From: Glaucostegus cemiculus
Lineage: Eukaryota
DNA length: 64,000 nucleotides
Reading direction: 5' to 3'
NCBI GenBank assembly: GCA_976551045.1
Contig: CDPCPM010000054.1
Coordinates: 19,034,001 to 19,098,000 of the forward strand
Under the pieces are notes generated by a model. The model did not search any database. It saw nothing but the letters and a program-made list of their open reading frames with translations, and was not told the origin of the DNA. The translations under genes and the position numbers were made by a program. Positions 51,751 to 64,000 of the stretch are shown here, piece by piece (position 1 is the stretch's first letter; each line of letters begins with the position of its first letter).

Positions 51751-52981
51751 CATGTAAGGTGCAGTTTGCACAAGGGAAAGAACATAAGAATTAGACACAG
51801 CTTTGTCAGCCAGTCCCTACACCTGATTTTCCATACAACATCTCCTTCTAACAAGATCATGGCTGATCTTTTACTTCATAATCTCCCTGGATTCAATTAA
51901 TACCCAAATATTCATCAATCTGTATTGAATATACTCAATGCACAACTTTCTTGGGTGCAGGATTCCAGAGAAAGGAAATTTCTTTTCATCTCAATTCTGA
52001 ATGATCGGTCCTTAATTTGCACACTATGATTTCTAGATCTGGACACTACAACCCAGGGAAAGCAAAATCCCTGCAACTACTTACAAATTCTGTAGCTGTT
52101 TTGTGACTTTCAAATTCAAGATTGAAAATGTTACCCATTGCACTGAACACTTCAAAAAAAAGTGGGTTCAGTCTATGTGTGATGGACAAAAATGTGAACA
52201 AAAATGAAAATCAAAAAATAACTGCAAGTGCTGGAAATCAGAAATAAATCCAGAACATGCTGGAAACGTTCACCATTCCTACATTGTCAAAATAATAGAA
52301 ATCTCTGCTTAATATCAAGCTGGGAGCACCCTCATTATACAGAATAGGATGGAACCGTCATCACAAAAAACCATTTCAGATCCAGGACCGTGTGGCCAAA
52401 CTGGTTCCAGTTCTGATGCAGGGTCCCACACCTGAAACATTAATTCTCTCTTTGTACTGATGGTGCCTAATTTGCTGAGTGTTTCCACCATATTTTGTTT
52501 TTATTTATGACTATGAACAATTTGAGTATCAGCCTGAAAGTGTACAGCTGACAGAATTTCTCTGGGAGAATAAATTTCTGGAAGCTGTTAATATTAAATA
52601 TTGAAGCTATTCGATGCGCTGAAGCAAGACTAAAAGTTATGTTACGATATACGATTGAGTTTGATACAATTTCTGCCAAACATATTTTGGGTGTTGAGCA
52701 AATCCAGTATTAATATTGCACTGTGAAAAGTTTGTTTGATGAAATGCTAACCATCTAGAGATAGCAACTATTTAATACTGTGTTGAATCCAAATATCCAC
52801 AAAAAATTACAAGAGAAACATGCACTAAAACACAAATATGTGTATCAACATCTGAAAAAAAATCAGTGCTTAGAAATTAAGAACTGTGAACACAAGAATG
52901 AGCATATATTGCGTGCAAATATTGTAGCATTTTGATGCTGCTTCTCATGCTAAAAGAACATGAGAGAGCTGTGCACAGAGT

Positions 52982-53325
52982 GGGTGGCACATTGGCACAC
53001 CTAGCAGAGCAGCTGCCCCACAGCTCCAGAGACCCAGGTTCAATCTTGATCTCTGGTGCTGTCTGTGTGGAGTTTGTACATTCTTCCTATGACTGTGTGG
53101 GTTTCCTCTTGGTGCTTGGGTTTCCTCTCACATCCCAAAGTCTCGGTAGACTAATTGGCCACTGTAAATTGCCTCTGGCATGTAGGTGAGGGGTAGAGTC
53201 TGGGGGGAGTTGATGAGAATGTGCGGAAGATAAAATGGGTTAGGGTAGGTTGATGTAAAAATTGGTGCTTGATGTAGACTCACTGGGCTGAAGAGCCTTC
53301 TTCTGTGGTGTGTTTCTCTATGAGT
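52982..53325 (+). mobile_element. HE1-like V-SINE
   Basis: gggtggcacattggcac...cacagctccagagacccaggttcaatc...gtgtggagtttgtacattc...taattggccactgtaaattgcc. Confidence 0.8.
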
Positions 53326-54049
53326 CTGTGAAGAATCTGAGTTCTGATATGAGCAGTTTCTGTCTGGAGCTTTCACCGGGGCTTTAATGAAGGTTAAACA
53401 CAACACAATTATGATTCTGCATACTCTATGGACAACCTCTGTTTATTTGAGGCCAATGATGATCTTGTCTAACAACACTGCTCAGAGTAAAAACCCTACC
53501 AAATGTAGGGTTCTCACTATGCCCTCTAATTATAGAAAAATAGCTCAAATAAAATCATGATGATTTAATATTTAAATTGAAGGAAAGAATTCATTGAGAT
53601 GTTGTCCTTAATTTAACCTTTGGCAAACCCCCTACTGCTTTACACCAATCAGTTCTCGGCCAATTGTTCTCAATTTTTTCACTGAGTGGTTTGTGCTGAC
53701 GTGACATTCATAACATCTTTTGACACCCAATCTATGAAAGGAACAACAAATGAAAAATCAGAGGTATGCAAACTAACTTGGGAGAAACACAGAGACTGCA
53801 CTACTTCTGCACAGGAGATTGAATACAATCTGAAATTGGAACTGCTTTGTATCACTAAGACTTGTTCATCTAACTTGAGTTGTGCTATCAGGCACGGCGA
53901 CTGAAGAAATGAGGGATGCAGGAGTTTCAAGGCTGCTTTCACTCAATAAGCTGAGTGTGTTACTTTATATAGTGCGACGTGATTGTAAAGTTGTCTGCCC
54001 TGCTGCGTTTGTTGCCTGTTATGTAAATGACACGTAGACTAGGCTAATG

Positions 54050-54785
54050 TACCTGATGCAGGGTCTTGACCCAAAATGTTGACCATCCCTTTGCCTCCCC
54101 CATGTATTTAATCCATTGAGATCTTCCAGTAAGTTCATTTATTTGGGCAAATGCACCTGCTGGAGTATCTTAAGCAACTCAATTATGAATGTTGAATTTT
54201 CCAATTTCAGGTAACCTTACCCCCCCTCTCTCTCTCCACCCCCCCAATTCTGATCCAGCATCAGTCCTCCCATTTTTCCATTTTTGTTCCCTTTCCCAAA
54301 CCTCCCTCCAGCCCACCAACAGCCATTTTCGTCCCTCTCCCCCTCCTGGTTCCATCAACCTTCTACCCACACGTTTCACCCACAGGTCCCCTTCCCCATC
54401 TGGTTCCATCTGCCCTTTACCTCTCCCTCAAAGTTTCCCATTATCACCTTCTGTACTTAACAAATTCCAGTACTGGTAGCCTTTGTGAACTTGCTTATCA
54501 CCCTCCAGCCTCTGCTTCCACCTTCGCCCTCCCTTTCCCCACTTAGCTCCATCTGGTGTTTGTTTTCCTTGTCTGCTTCCACTTGTCATCCACCTGCCTC
54601 TGTCTCCCAACTCCAACCCTCCTCCTCCTGCCCGTCATTCTTCACCCTTCCTCAGTCCTCCTTTCATCTACTGGCCCCTGTCTTGCCACTTCCCTTCATC
54701 TCTCTTGATCCCAAATGTCAACAGTTCCTTCCCCTGCAAATTCTGCTCAACCCACTGAGCTGCTCCAGCAGCTTGTTTTCTATCC
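54050..54785 (+). mobile_element. Penelope-like element fragments (pLTR, endonuclease end, CT-rich tract, pLTR)
   Basis: ctgatgcagggtcttgacccaaaatgttgac at about 54053; atgaatgttgaattttccaatttcaggtaa (MNVEFSNFR*) at about 54185; long pyrimidine tract. Confidence 0.6.
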
Positions 54786-55726
54786 TGAGCTTGTTGGTTT
54801 AATGAAAAAACTCTGAATGAACATATGAATAATCTAAGAGAGCATCAGATTCTGCACACTATTGATAATTCAGTTTTTTAATCTACTGCCTTATAGCTTC
54901 ATAGAACTGCATTCTCCCATACTATGCCAACACATTGGCTAATGCAAGTATTTCCTGGATTTGACAAGTAAAACTTATACTGGGATTACAGAAGAAGCAT
55001 ACAGTGAGAAAATGCAAGTCTTCCATGCAATTCTTCTGACTTTGGAACAAGGGAGAACCAAGAAGTCTTTCAAAACAAAAGTGCTCAGCGAGCACTGGGA
55101 AGTAATTGTATCAAAGAAGTTAAGCACCAATGTAATCAGTACCATAGATTTTTTTTTAGAATGTCCGACAGGTGTAGTAGACCAACACTGTGACACTGGA
55201 GGTCTTCAAATACTTGTTATTAAAAATGAAACATCATATCTAAAGGTGAATAAATTATTTACATGAACATTCCTACTCCTGAATATGTGAAACCACATGT
55301 ACTACATTTTTTGGAAAAACTACCAAGACACACTTCCCATCTTCAGTGGAATGTTATGATGAGTTTGAATGTACTTCATGTAGTGTATATATGGCATGCA
55401 TGTGCACTTAAAACCATATGCTTTCAGTAATGGATATTTGTTCAGTATTTGTTACTTGTCTTACACAAAGGGGTCTAACAGATGCTATACCTCTCAAATT
55501 GTTTGATGCAGAAAATTTATTATCAGTCTTGGTCTACGTCTAAAATAGAAGGTAGGATTACATTAGTGAGGAAACACTTAAGAAGAACACACAAATGTGT
55601 GCAAACCATAATTTCTTAAAAAAATAGTTTTGAAGGTCACTGCACAGGGTCTATTCTATCATTTTTAATCAAAAACCTGCAACACCAAAATGCTGTTGGC
55701 ATACATTAATGAAAACTTTTAAAATT

Positions 55727-56095
55727 TATTCATTCACAGGATGTGGATGTTGTTGGCAAAGCTAGGATTTATGGACCATTCCTAGCCACCACTGAACTGA
55801 AGAAGCAAATTAAACTCAATTGCATTGGTGGGTCTGGAGTCACATTTTGACCAGATTGTGTGAGGATACCAGACTTCCTTTCCTGAAGGTCATTAGTGAA
55901 CTGGATGGGTTTTCACAGCAAACTGGTGGTTTCTTGCTTATGATTATGGAAACTATCTTATTTTATATTTCAGATTTAATTAGTTACTTGAACTTAAGTA
56001 ACCCAGCTGCTATGGTGAGATTCAAGTTCATGGTTCTGGATCAATGCTCTACAATTCTGGATTTTATTTCAGTAACTTCACACTATATTATCATA
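55727..56095 (-). mobile_element. Old tRNA-derived SINE with L2-like tail
   Basis: Minus-strand tail ...gccaacaacatccacatcctgtgaatgaataaa and a degenerate B-box near 56015-56030. Confidence 0.45.
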
Positions 56096-56690
56096 CCCAT
56101 AGCTAAAATATTTAAACATAAATACTAAAAACAACAGGAAACAAAGCCGCAGAGAAGTGACATTCAGTTATGTTTTTGGAGTATGTTCTCTTTCTTGCTA
56201 TAATACAAATAAGGAAACAGTTAGTTTAAACATTGTTGAGTAGATGAAGATGTCAAGATCTTACTAAAATGACTATTTAACAATGTTGCTCTTTTAACAC
56301 TGATTTCAACAGAGTTTTGTTTCATGAAATTCACTAATTCAAACTGGTTTTAATGTCTGGAACATAACCTCCTCCCAAAATAAAATCCTGGGAAATTTGT
56401 TTAGAAATAAAAGTTGGAGACACAGAAAACCAGTTACAACACATATGTAATATAGATGAACAATCTGTGGGATCATTCAGCTTTAAGATTATCTAAGTAA
56501 CAAAAACAGAATACCTACTTTCTGCTTAAGCAAATACTGTATGTTTTTTTTAGAGTCAAGATTCTTAGCACAATGAAAACCCATCATAACACAGCATGAG
56601 AAACTGGTTTCAGATGACAATCCTGCCCAACCTGAATCCAAGACACATCCCTGGACTTGGGCATTTTGAGAAACTGGCTTGCCTCAGTGT

Positions 56691-56870
56691 TTTCTGGACT
56701 GTTCAATGGGCCAATTCCACTAGTATAAAGCATTCCAACAACAGAAGGGGAAACCCAAAGTATCACACTCACATCATCAATTTCTGGGCTGTTCAGTTTG
56801 CCACTAGCTTAATTTAATGCATTGCAACAATGGAAGGGGAAATCCAAAAAAATCTCATGCACACCATTAC
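56691..56870. repeat. Diverged two-copy tandem duplication, ~90-bp unit
   Basis: tttctgg(a/g)ctgttca...ccactag...gcatt(c/g)caacaa..gaaggggaaa(c/t)cca occurs at 56691 and 56781. Confidence 0.7.
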
Positions 56871-59184
56871 AACATTGGGTTTATTACTGTGTTTGGTACT
56901 GGCAAAAATTCACATAGCATCTGCCGCCAACTTAAATTTCCTAAGGGTCGCTCCTTCCTAACAGCTTGTTGCTGTGCATTTCCCTATCTGTTACATTCTG
57001 CTGTTGCATGCATAACCATATCATGGCAAAGAAGTCAAAACAATGCATACATGTTGCTTTTAAACAGGGTGACTATTTACACCTGCATCATTCTTCTGGA
57101 GCACTACCTTAAGAACCCAATGTCAAAGAGGGTTTATTTTAACTCTTCAGTGTATCAATTTTAAATGCATTTGGTTTAGTCTTCCCGACTTATGCCAGTG
57201 TGAACTTATTACATTCTCATAATGGTATGTTGTTGGAAATGTACATTAAGCTATATAGCTGACTGTTGCAATATTTAGTCATTCAGGCTGGCAATGTGGT
57301 TTGGTTACTTACTGCTAGGGAAGAATAGAGAAACCAAGAATGATTAAAGGCCTTAATTCTTGTCAAACTTCCTAAATATTTACAGCACATGAAGTTATGC
57401 ATTCTTTAATTCATACTTTCTATAAAAGGAAATATGATTATCAAGAGTTTTTTAAGAAGGACCTTTGCTGATTAATATATGAGATACCGAAATTTCAATG
57501 CATTTAGAAGACTCAGTGGCCAAATTAGGCTATTTAGCTCAGCAAAAGATCAAGATAAACCCTAAGGCACCAGGTCACTCAGCACCTGTAGAGAGAGAAA
57601 AAAACAAAAACCAAACTGCTAGAGGAACTCAGTAGGTCAGGTAGAAACAGTGGAGGGAAATGGATGGTTGACGTCTCAGTCAAGACCCTTCATCTGGACA
57701 CCGAGACCTGTAGCGAGAGCTTACATTCGGGTCAACAACCCTTCTTCAAGAAGGTTCTGATTAAAGGTAAAGGATATTGCATGGAATGGCCCTGATCTTT
57801 ACTGGAGGTGGGGGATTACTATCAGTGATGGGAAGGTTGGGGGTGCAGGACAAGAGTTGGTGAGTGATTTGTTCATTAGAATCCTTACATTAACAGAAGG
57901 GATGAGCAGTATTGGTTGGGAGGGGGATTGTTGATTATTCAAGAAATGGGTATCAAACTACTGGGGGAAGGGTAAGCATCCGGAGATGGTGAAGGGGGAA
58001 GGGCAGGGTAAAGTGGGAAGCAGATTACCTTGGGAAATGCTCCATCTCCCCGTCCACAAGAATTACTGGAAAAGCATTTACTTCCTCCAGACAATAATTC
58101 TCCCTTGCCTTTAGGTACCAGAGGAATGGCAAGCACAGGTAACCAGGATTAAACCTGGAAAAGAGATAAAATCTGAGGCACAAAACCTGATTAAAGTATT
58201 TAATTGAGCCACTCAACTCTTGCAAACCTCACTATCATTTGGCCTTTGCTAAAACAGTAGTGGGTGGGGTCAGGTTTGAGATGATTAACATTTTATCAGC
58301 CTACATAAACCTATTGGTTTTGGGGTGGGGTGAGTTTAAATTTCCCTTCAGTGTTACTACATCAAAGAACAGCTTAAAACTGCCTGCTCATAAAATTCCA
58401 CTGTTCTTGTGAAAGAAAGTACTGTATTTGAACCAAAACTTTATTTATATGATCACAATTGCACTTAAGGGAAAAATTCCCATTGTGTTGGGGTTCTATC
58501 CAAAGAACCAAGGTTCAATTCCCAGCATGCTTAAAGACTGACTTGAACCAGGACATTGTTTGGGGAATTAGTCTTGAGAAGAAAAACACCCTTCATTTAG
58601 CCAGTAAACTATCCTAGGAAATGCATGTGATAGGTTACTGTGTAAGCAGGAATGTTGGTCTACAGTAATTTAGCATCTAACCTCATGTGTTGAGAATAAC
58701 CATGTGGGGGTATCAAAGATTGCACCAGAAACTAAGCAGTGTATCCCAGAGATAAAACAAAGTGCATGAAATGACATTAGTAATTTGTGAATCTGGATAG
58801 GATTAGCAATGTAACAACATATCACCTGTCATATCACTGCATCCTCCCAGAGATAGTCTAATGGTGCTTGAGAGACCATTGTTAAATTTACTATCCTTTT
58901 AACGGTGTAAGTAGAGGGCCTCTCTAGCTAGACTTGAAATAGTGTATTTATAAATTGTGATGACTTCTTCCTCACCTTTATGGCCATTCTCATATTACAC
59001 ATAAAATGTTGAAACATATTATGCTTTCCATCACACCTTTACTGATATCACCTTCCCTCAGCAATCAGCTGCCGTGGGAAGTGCTATAGTACTGGGATAT
59101 CTCGATTTGATGGTGTGTGGCTGTACCTCAAATAATTAGCTTCTGTTTGCTAGCCATTCTGAAAAAAAATTAAATACATAAAAG

Positions 59185-59340
59185 TAAGTTGTTTTCTCTC
59201 TTTTTACAGTTTTGATGAAGAGTCTTTGACCTGAAATGTTAATTCTGTTTCCCTGTCCACAGATGCTGCCCAATGTGTTGAGTGTTTTGTGCATTTTCTG
59301 TTATTGTTTCAGATTTCCAACACCTGCAGTTCTTGATTTT
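59185..59340 (+). mobile_element. Penelope pLTR fragment
   Basis: cagttttgatgaagagtctttgacctgaaatgttaa...ccacagatgctgcc...tttcagatttccaacacctgcag. Confidence 0.55.
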
Positions 59341-59992
59341 CATAAAATAGAATTCATGCTTTATCCTGTCCTGGAGCTGAGGAATGGTAATTGCGTAAAT
59401 GTCTGAGATAATTAAACTCTCCCTAAGCTGGTATCCGGAATGAGTTGCCACAAAGGTGGCAGAGGCAGCAGCGGTAACAGTACTTAAGAGGCATCTTGAC
59501 TAGTACATAAGCAGGGCATAGAAGGATATGGAATTAATGCAGGCAAGTGGGGTTAATAGAGACAGGCATGATGGTTGGCATTGATGTGGTGGGTCAAAGG
59601 GCCTGTTTCTATGCTGTACAACTCTATAACTGAGCCAGAACAGTTATTACACTACTTAGATTAGGGGATAATAGTCTGTTAATACCAACAATCCAGTTGA
59701 TTTGTGGTTGTCGTTTTGATTGTTTTGGAATTGTGCTTTTATGTGAAGTTTCCATCAAAGGATATGGTGGTGTTCATGACAGGGTGTGTTATAAGAATGT
59801 GTATACTTTATGGGTTTGATGGACTAGAGTCCTTGTTCCTTTTGTTCCTAGTAGGTTCATTGCACATGAAGCTGAATGACTGAAGTGCCTTGCTTCCTGG
59901 GGGGTTGGAGGGGGTTCTTACATTTCTAGTGCAGTTGCACCACAGATGAATGGGATACTTCAACATGCATTCAATCAGGGAACAAGACTATC

Positions 59993-59998
59993 ACATGC

Positions 59999-60029
<31 letters not shown>
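59993..60029. repeat. (CA)n microsatellite
   Basis: Direct inspection. Confidence 0.9.
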
Positions 60030-60439
60030 GTGGTATCATATTGTAGCAGTTCACGATGGTCTCTTCAGCATTATTATTTGTTTTTATACTTGTTCATTTA
60101 CTCAGATGGATCTCCATGCTAAAACACAGATTGGACCTTGCCAGAAATCAGGTACCAGGATCATATTTCATGGCAAGTGGTAAACCAACGGACCCAATGC
60201 AGTGACAATGCAATTTTTTCATTCCTGCTCATCAACATGATTATTCAGCTCAGCCACAACTAACAGTGCAGTAAAACTGATTAGCAGCTCAGGAGAGGTG
60301 GTCAGCATTAATTATAGCTGGTCTGTACAATTTAAAGCTGATGCATTTCTTAAAGGGGAGGTATAGCCTGGCTTCAGGAACTAGTTAGTGTTCATAAGAG
60401 TGATAACAAAGGTGATTGGATCAAAGAAGTACAATAAAG

Positions 60440-60960
60440 ATCAGAGAATCTGTTTTCCTGCTGCTGAACTGGAGGCCTTAGAGGGGAAGGCAGAAAGGAG
60501 ACGACATATAATCTCTCCACAGAACATCAGGAGACCTTCCAGGTACATGATGCAAAGACATTGTGGAGGAGATAGGTTATAAGGTGAAGGCCTGAAGCCA
60601 AGTAATGTTGCAAAAAGTAGTTTCAATCTTTTGTTCAAGATCAGTAAAAGTACTTTCAACCGTACAACTAACATCACACACTGATCAAACACACAACAAC
60701 CCCATCACTCACCTGCCAACAACCTCTATCAATCGGGACATATTTCTAACACATATTTCCTGTACCACACACCATGCTCTACACCCATAACCCACAGCTT
60801 GTGCAAACTGTCTGCTACTCAACCATGACAGCCATCTAACCCAAACACCTTCTACAATCTGACGCCTGTTATTTTATCTCTCTTGCAGGAGTATCTGGGA
60901 CCCAATTGGCAGCAGCAGCTAACTGAGGGCTATGGGCTCATCAGCATCACCCTATCAGCA
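60440..60960 (+). pseudogene. Decayed spliced Myb/SANT-like DNA-binding gene, probably from a PIF/Harbinger transposon
   Basis: ICFPAAELEALEGKAERRRHIISPQNIRRPSRYMM...W...CxKxFN pattern across frameshifts. Acceptor ttatctctcttgcAG at 60888 is followed by EYLGPNWQQQLTEG. Confidence 0.45.
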
Positions 60961-61484
60961 TGTTGTCCATAGGTGAAACTGAGTGAGAAACATAGTTGCA
61001 AGAGGGTGAGTTGAAATCACTGAAGAAGTGACATCTGCATACCTCAACACACACTTCAGTTCTCTCTCATCATACAACCTTGCTCCTGTTTTTTTGACCA
61101 TGTTAGCAATGAGTCCTGATTGACAGACACTGTTGGCAGTTCGGGGTGTAGCTTGTTTGAGTATTGTATGATACCAGTTGCATAGCTGAGATATATTCAC
61201 TGACCTTGAAGAAATGTTTAAAACTGTACTCTTTGCAGCACTCACATGTTTACCCTTCAGACAGCTGAGAAATGCAACTTGTCCAGGCAGGAGTGCAGCA
61301 GCCAGAAGAGAGGGAAGATGCAGCCACAGCTTTACTCAACTTACAGATGCTGACTTTACAGATGCTGACATTTTCTGAATAATTTAGGCATAAGCTTTGA
61401 GCTGGGATCCACACAGGATAGTCACTGGGCAATGCTGACCTTTATTCAAGGCAGGGAGAAAACAATGCACAAGTACATTGTACT

Positions 61485-61750
61485 TATGTGGGAAAAGATT
61501 TAAAAGGGGCCTGAGCGGCAACTTTTTCATGCAGGGAGTGGTGCATATATGGAACGATCTGCCAGAAAAAGTGATTGAGGCAAGTACAATAACAACATTC
61601 AAAAGGCACGTGGACAGGTACATGGAGAGGAAAGGTTTAGAGGAATATGGGCCAAACATGGGCAAGTGGGACTAGTCTAGTTGGGGAACTTGGTTGGCAT
61701 GAATGAGTTGGGCCAAAGGGCGTGTTTCTGCGCCTTATTACTCTCTGTGA
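61485..61750 (+). mobile_element. CR1-type LINE 3' end
   Basis: ORF 61478..61675: GKRFKRGLSGNFFMQGVVHIWNDLPEKVIEASTITTFKRHVDRYM. Confidence 0.8.
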
Positions 61751-62499
61751 CTATTTATACACTGCATATAATACTCAGTCAAGGCCAGTTAATGCACAGT
61801 CAAAGTCCATCTCCCACAAACTAAACAACTAACCTCACACATTGCTCAATGCATCACAGCCTCATCACTCATCTACCAACTATCTCCCTCCCTCAGGGAT
61901 CACACCCAACATTCATATGTTATACTGCACCACAACACATTTTAGCATCAGTGCATCTCACAACCATATCTCGTAGCTTGCTCAAAGTCTCTGCTGTTTG
62001 ATCAAAGGAGAAGGCTGCATGCAAATTCTGGTGCAGAGCATTCAGTTGAAGCCTTTGTTGAGCCACCAATAAAAGGCTACAAAAAGAAGGTAATCTTTGG
62101 TGCAGTGGCTCTGTGTGCAATGGCAAGTAGCATGAAGGACAGCACCAACCACACTCAACGCTCTGCATGCAGCTTGGAGCCCTTTTATCTCCATTTGTAC
62201 TGAGGCAATCGATTTTATTGAAAATGTTCCACACATTGAAATATTCTGCTGCCTTTATCTTTAAATATTTTCAAAATTCCTCTGGTGTACCTCTAGTCAA
62301 GAATGTCTGATAAGCATTGTTAAGTCCTTGCTATACCACTCCACATCTTCCTTCCCAAACTGCTGCTCTACCTTGCACCATGATACTTCACTTACTGCAT
62401 TTGAACTTACCTTTTCCCCACAGTATTACATACAGGCAGATATATACTTTCTGGGCCCTCCTGCACCATTCAATACATCATGGTTGATCTTTCACCTCA

Positions 62500-62990
62500 A
62501 CAGCACCAGAGGAGGTTCACAAGAATGATCCCAGGAATGAAAGGCTTAATATATGAGCAGCATTTGATGTCTCTGGGCCTGTACTCATTGGAGTTTAGAA
62601 GGATAAGGCGAATCTCTTTGAAACCTACCAGACACTGAAAGGCCTGGATAGAGTAGATGTGGAGAAGATGTTTCCATTAGTAGGAGATTCTAGGATCTGA
62701 GAGCACAGCCTCAGAATAAAGGGATGCTCCTTTGAAATTGAGATGAGGAGGAAGTTCTCAGCCAGAAAGAGGTGAATCTGTGGAATTTGTTGCCACAGAG
62801 GGCTGTGGAAGCCAAGTCATTGGATGTATTGAAGGCAGAGATTGATAGGATCTTTATTGGTAAGGGGGTTAAGGTTTATGGGGAGAAGGCAGGAAAATGG
62901 GATTGAGAAAAGAATCAGCCATGATTGAATGGTGGAGACGACTTGATGGGTTGAATGGCTTAATTTTGCTCTGATATTTTATAGTCTCAA
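62500..62990 (+). mobile_element. CR1-type LINE 3' fragment (different subfamily)
   Basis: cagaggaggttcacaagaatgatcccagg (QRRFTRMIPG)...ctgtactcattggagtttagaagg (LYSLEFRR)...ctgtggaatttgttgcca. Confidence 0.75.
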
Positions 62991-64000
62991 AGTCTTACAC
63001 TTTCCTGCACTAACCCCATAATCCTTGATTCCCTGATTTTCCATTAGTAGGTCTATCTTGAATATCCTCAGTGACTGAGCCTGCACTGTCCTCTTCAACA
63101 GAGAATTCTAGATAATTCATTATGTTTCTGCCCTGAATGCCTAACCCTTTATTTTGAGACCCTGGCCCCTTGTTCTAGACACCAGGAAAAACCACATCCT
63201 TATATCTATCCTGTCAAACCTCCTCACATCTCCTCCTCTTCTTGATTAATTTAAAGTCTTTTCTACTGCTCAAGTTACATGATTTGTTACAATGCCAATC
63301 CTAACCCAATTTAAATGGAAGCGGTTCCAATCAAACTCCCTTTTTCCCTGGTACCAGTCTTCGTGAATCATAACTCTTACCTCACCTCCTCCACCTTTCC
63401 AGCCAAACCTCTATTCTTCTTTACCTGTTTGTCCCTGGGCCAATTTAATGCTCCAGAAACAATCCAGAGATTCTCCATTTTAATTTTCACCCTAACTCTC
63501 TCAGCAGAGCTTCACTCCTGGTTCTGTCTTTGATGTTGGTTCTTCAGTGGGCCACAGCATTGGAAATGGAATCCTTCCCCTATCACTCTGTGTCTTTCTG
63601 CAGCTGCAAGATGATGTCTTTATTCTTCGCTCAGGGCTCAACCTTTGTGGCTGCTGACAGAGGCTGCAGAGAACAGTATCTAACTCCGTATTGCTTATCC
63701 TACCACTACTACATTCATTTCCATTCCCCTCACCTGAAATTCCTCCTGTAACACTGTGCTTATTTGTACATTTGCCCAACAGACTTTGGCCTTAATCAGC
63801 AAGTACGTTGTACCTGCTGGATAAAGGCAAAAGTCACACCTCCTCCAGCTTTGCATCTGGGGCTCCCTTACTTTTCTAGCTCAGAATCAACCCCTCATGC
63901 CCCTGAAAGTGACCCAGACTTCCACAGCTGCCTGATCTGAGCTGCCATGACTACTTTCTAATCAATTAACGCTTGCCCTCTCTGATGTCTAATGAAGCTT

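Overview
Eukaryotic, AT-rich, CpG-depleted vertebrate DNA. The repeat content (V-SINE/HE1-like SINEs, Deu-domain SINEs, CR1 and Rex1-like LINE tails, Penelope-like remnants) points to a cartilaginous fish; this is an inference. The only host coding sequence I can support is the terminal coding exon of LURAP1L (minus strand, 48745-49134), and its first exon is not seen in the window. About 3 kb downstream of the stop codon lies a complete but inactivated 4.25-kb Ty3/Gypsy LTR retrotransposon (41504-45757, minus strand). It has 235-bp LTRs, an ACCT target-site duplication, a tRNA-Trp primer site, a CHCC Gag and a clear -1 frameshift signal, which fits the CsRn1/Kabuki/Boudicca clade. The rest is a dense mosaic of decayed and often nested retroelement fragments. 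These include about 15 Penelope terminal-repeat pieces with minimal hammerhead-ribozyme motifs, a solo LTR with a 5-bp TSD, two related ~35-bp palindrome-core minisatellites and a spliced Myb/SANT (Harbinger-type) gene relic. There is one assembly gap. No prokaryotic-type system (CRISPR, operon) is present. Boundaries of decayed repeats are approximate and were read by eye.
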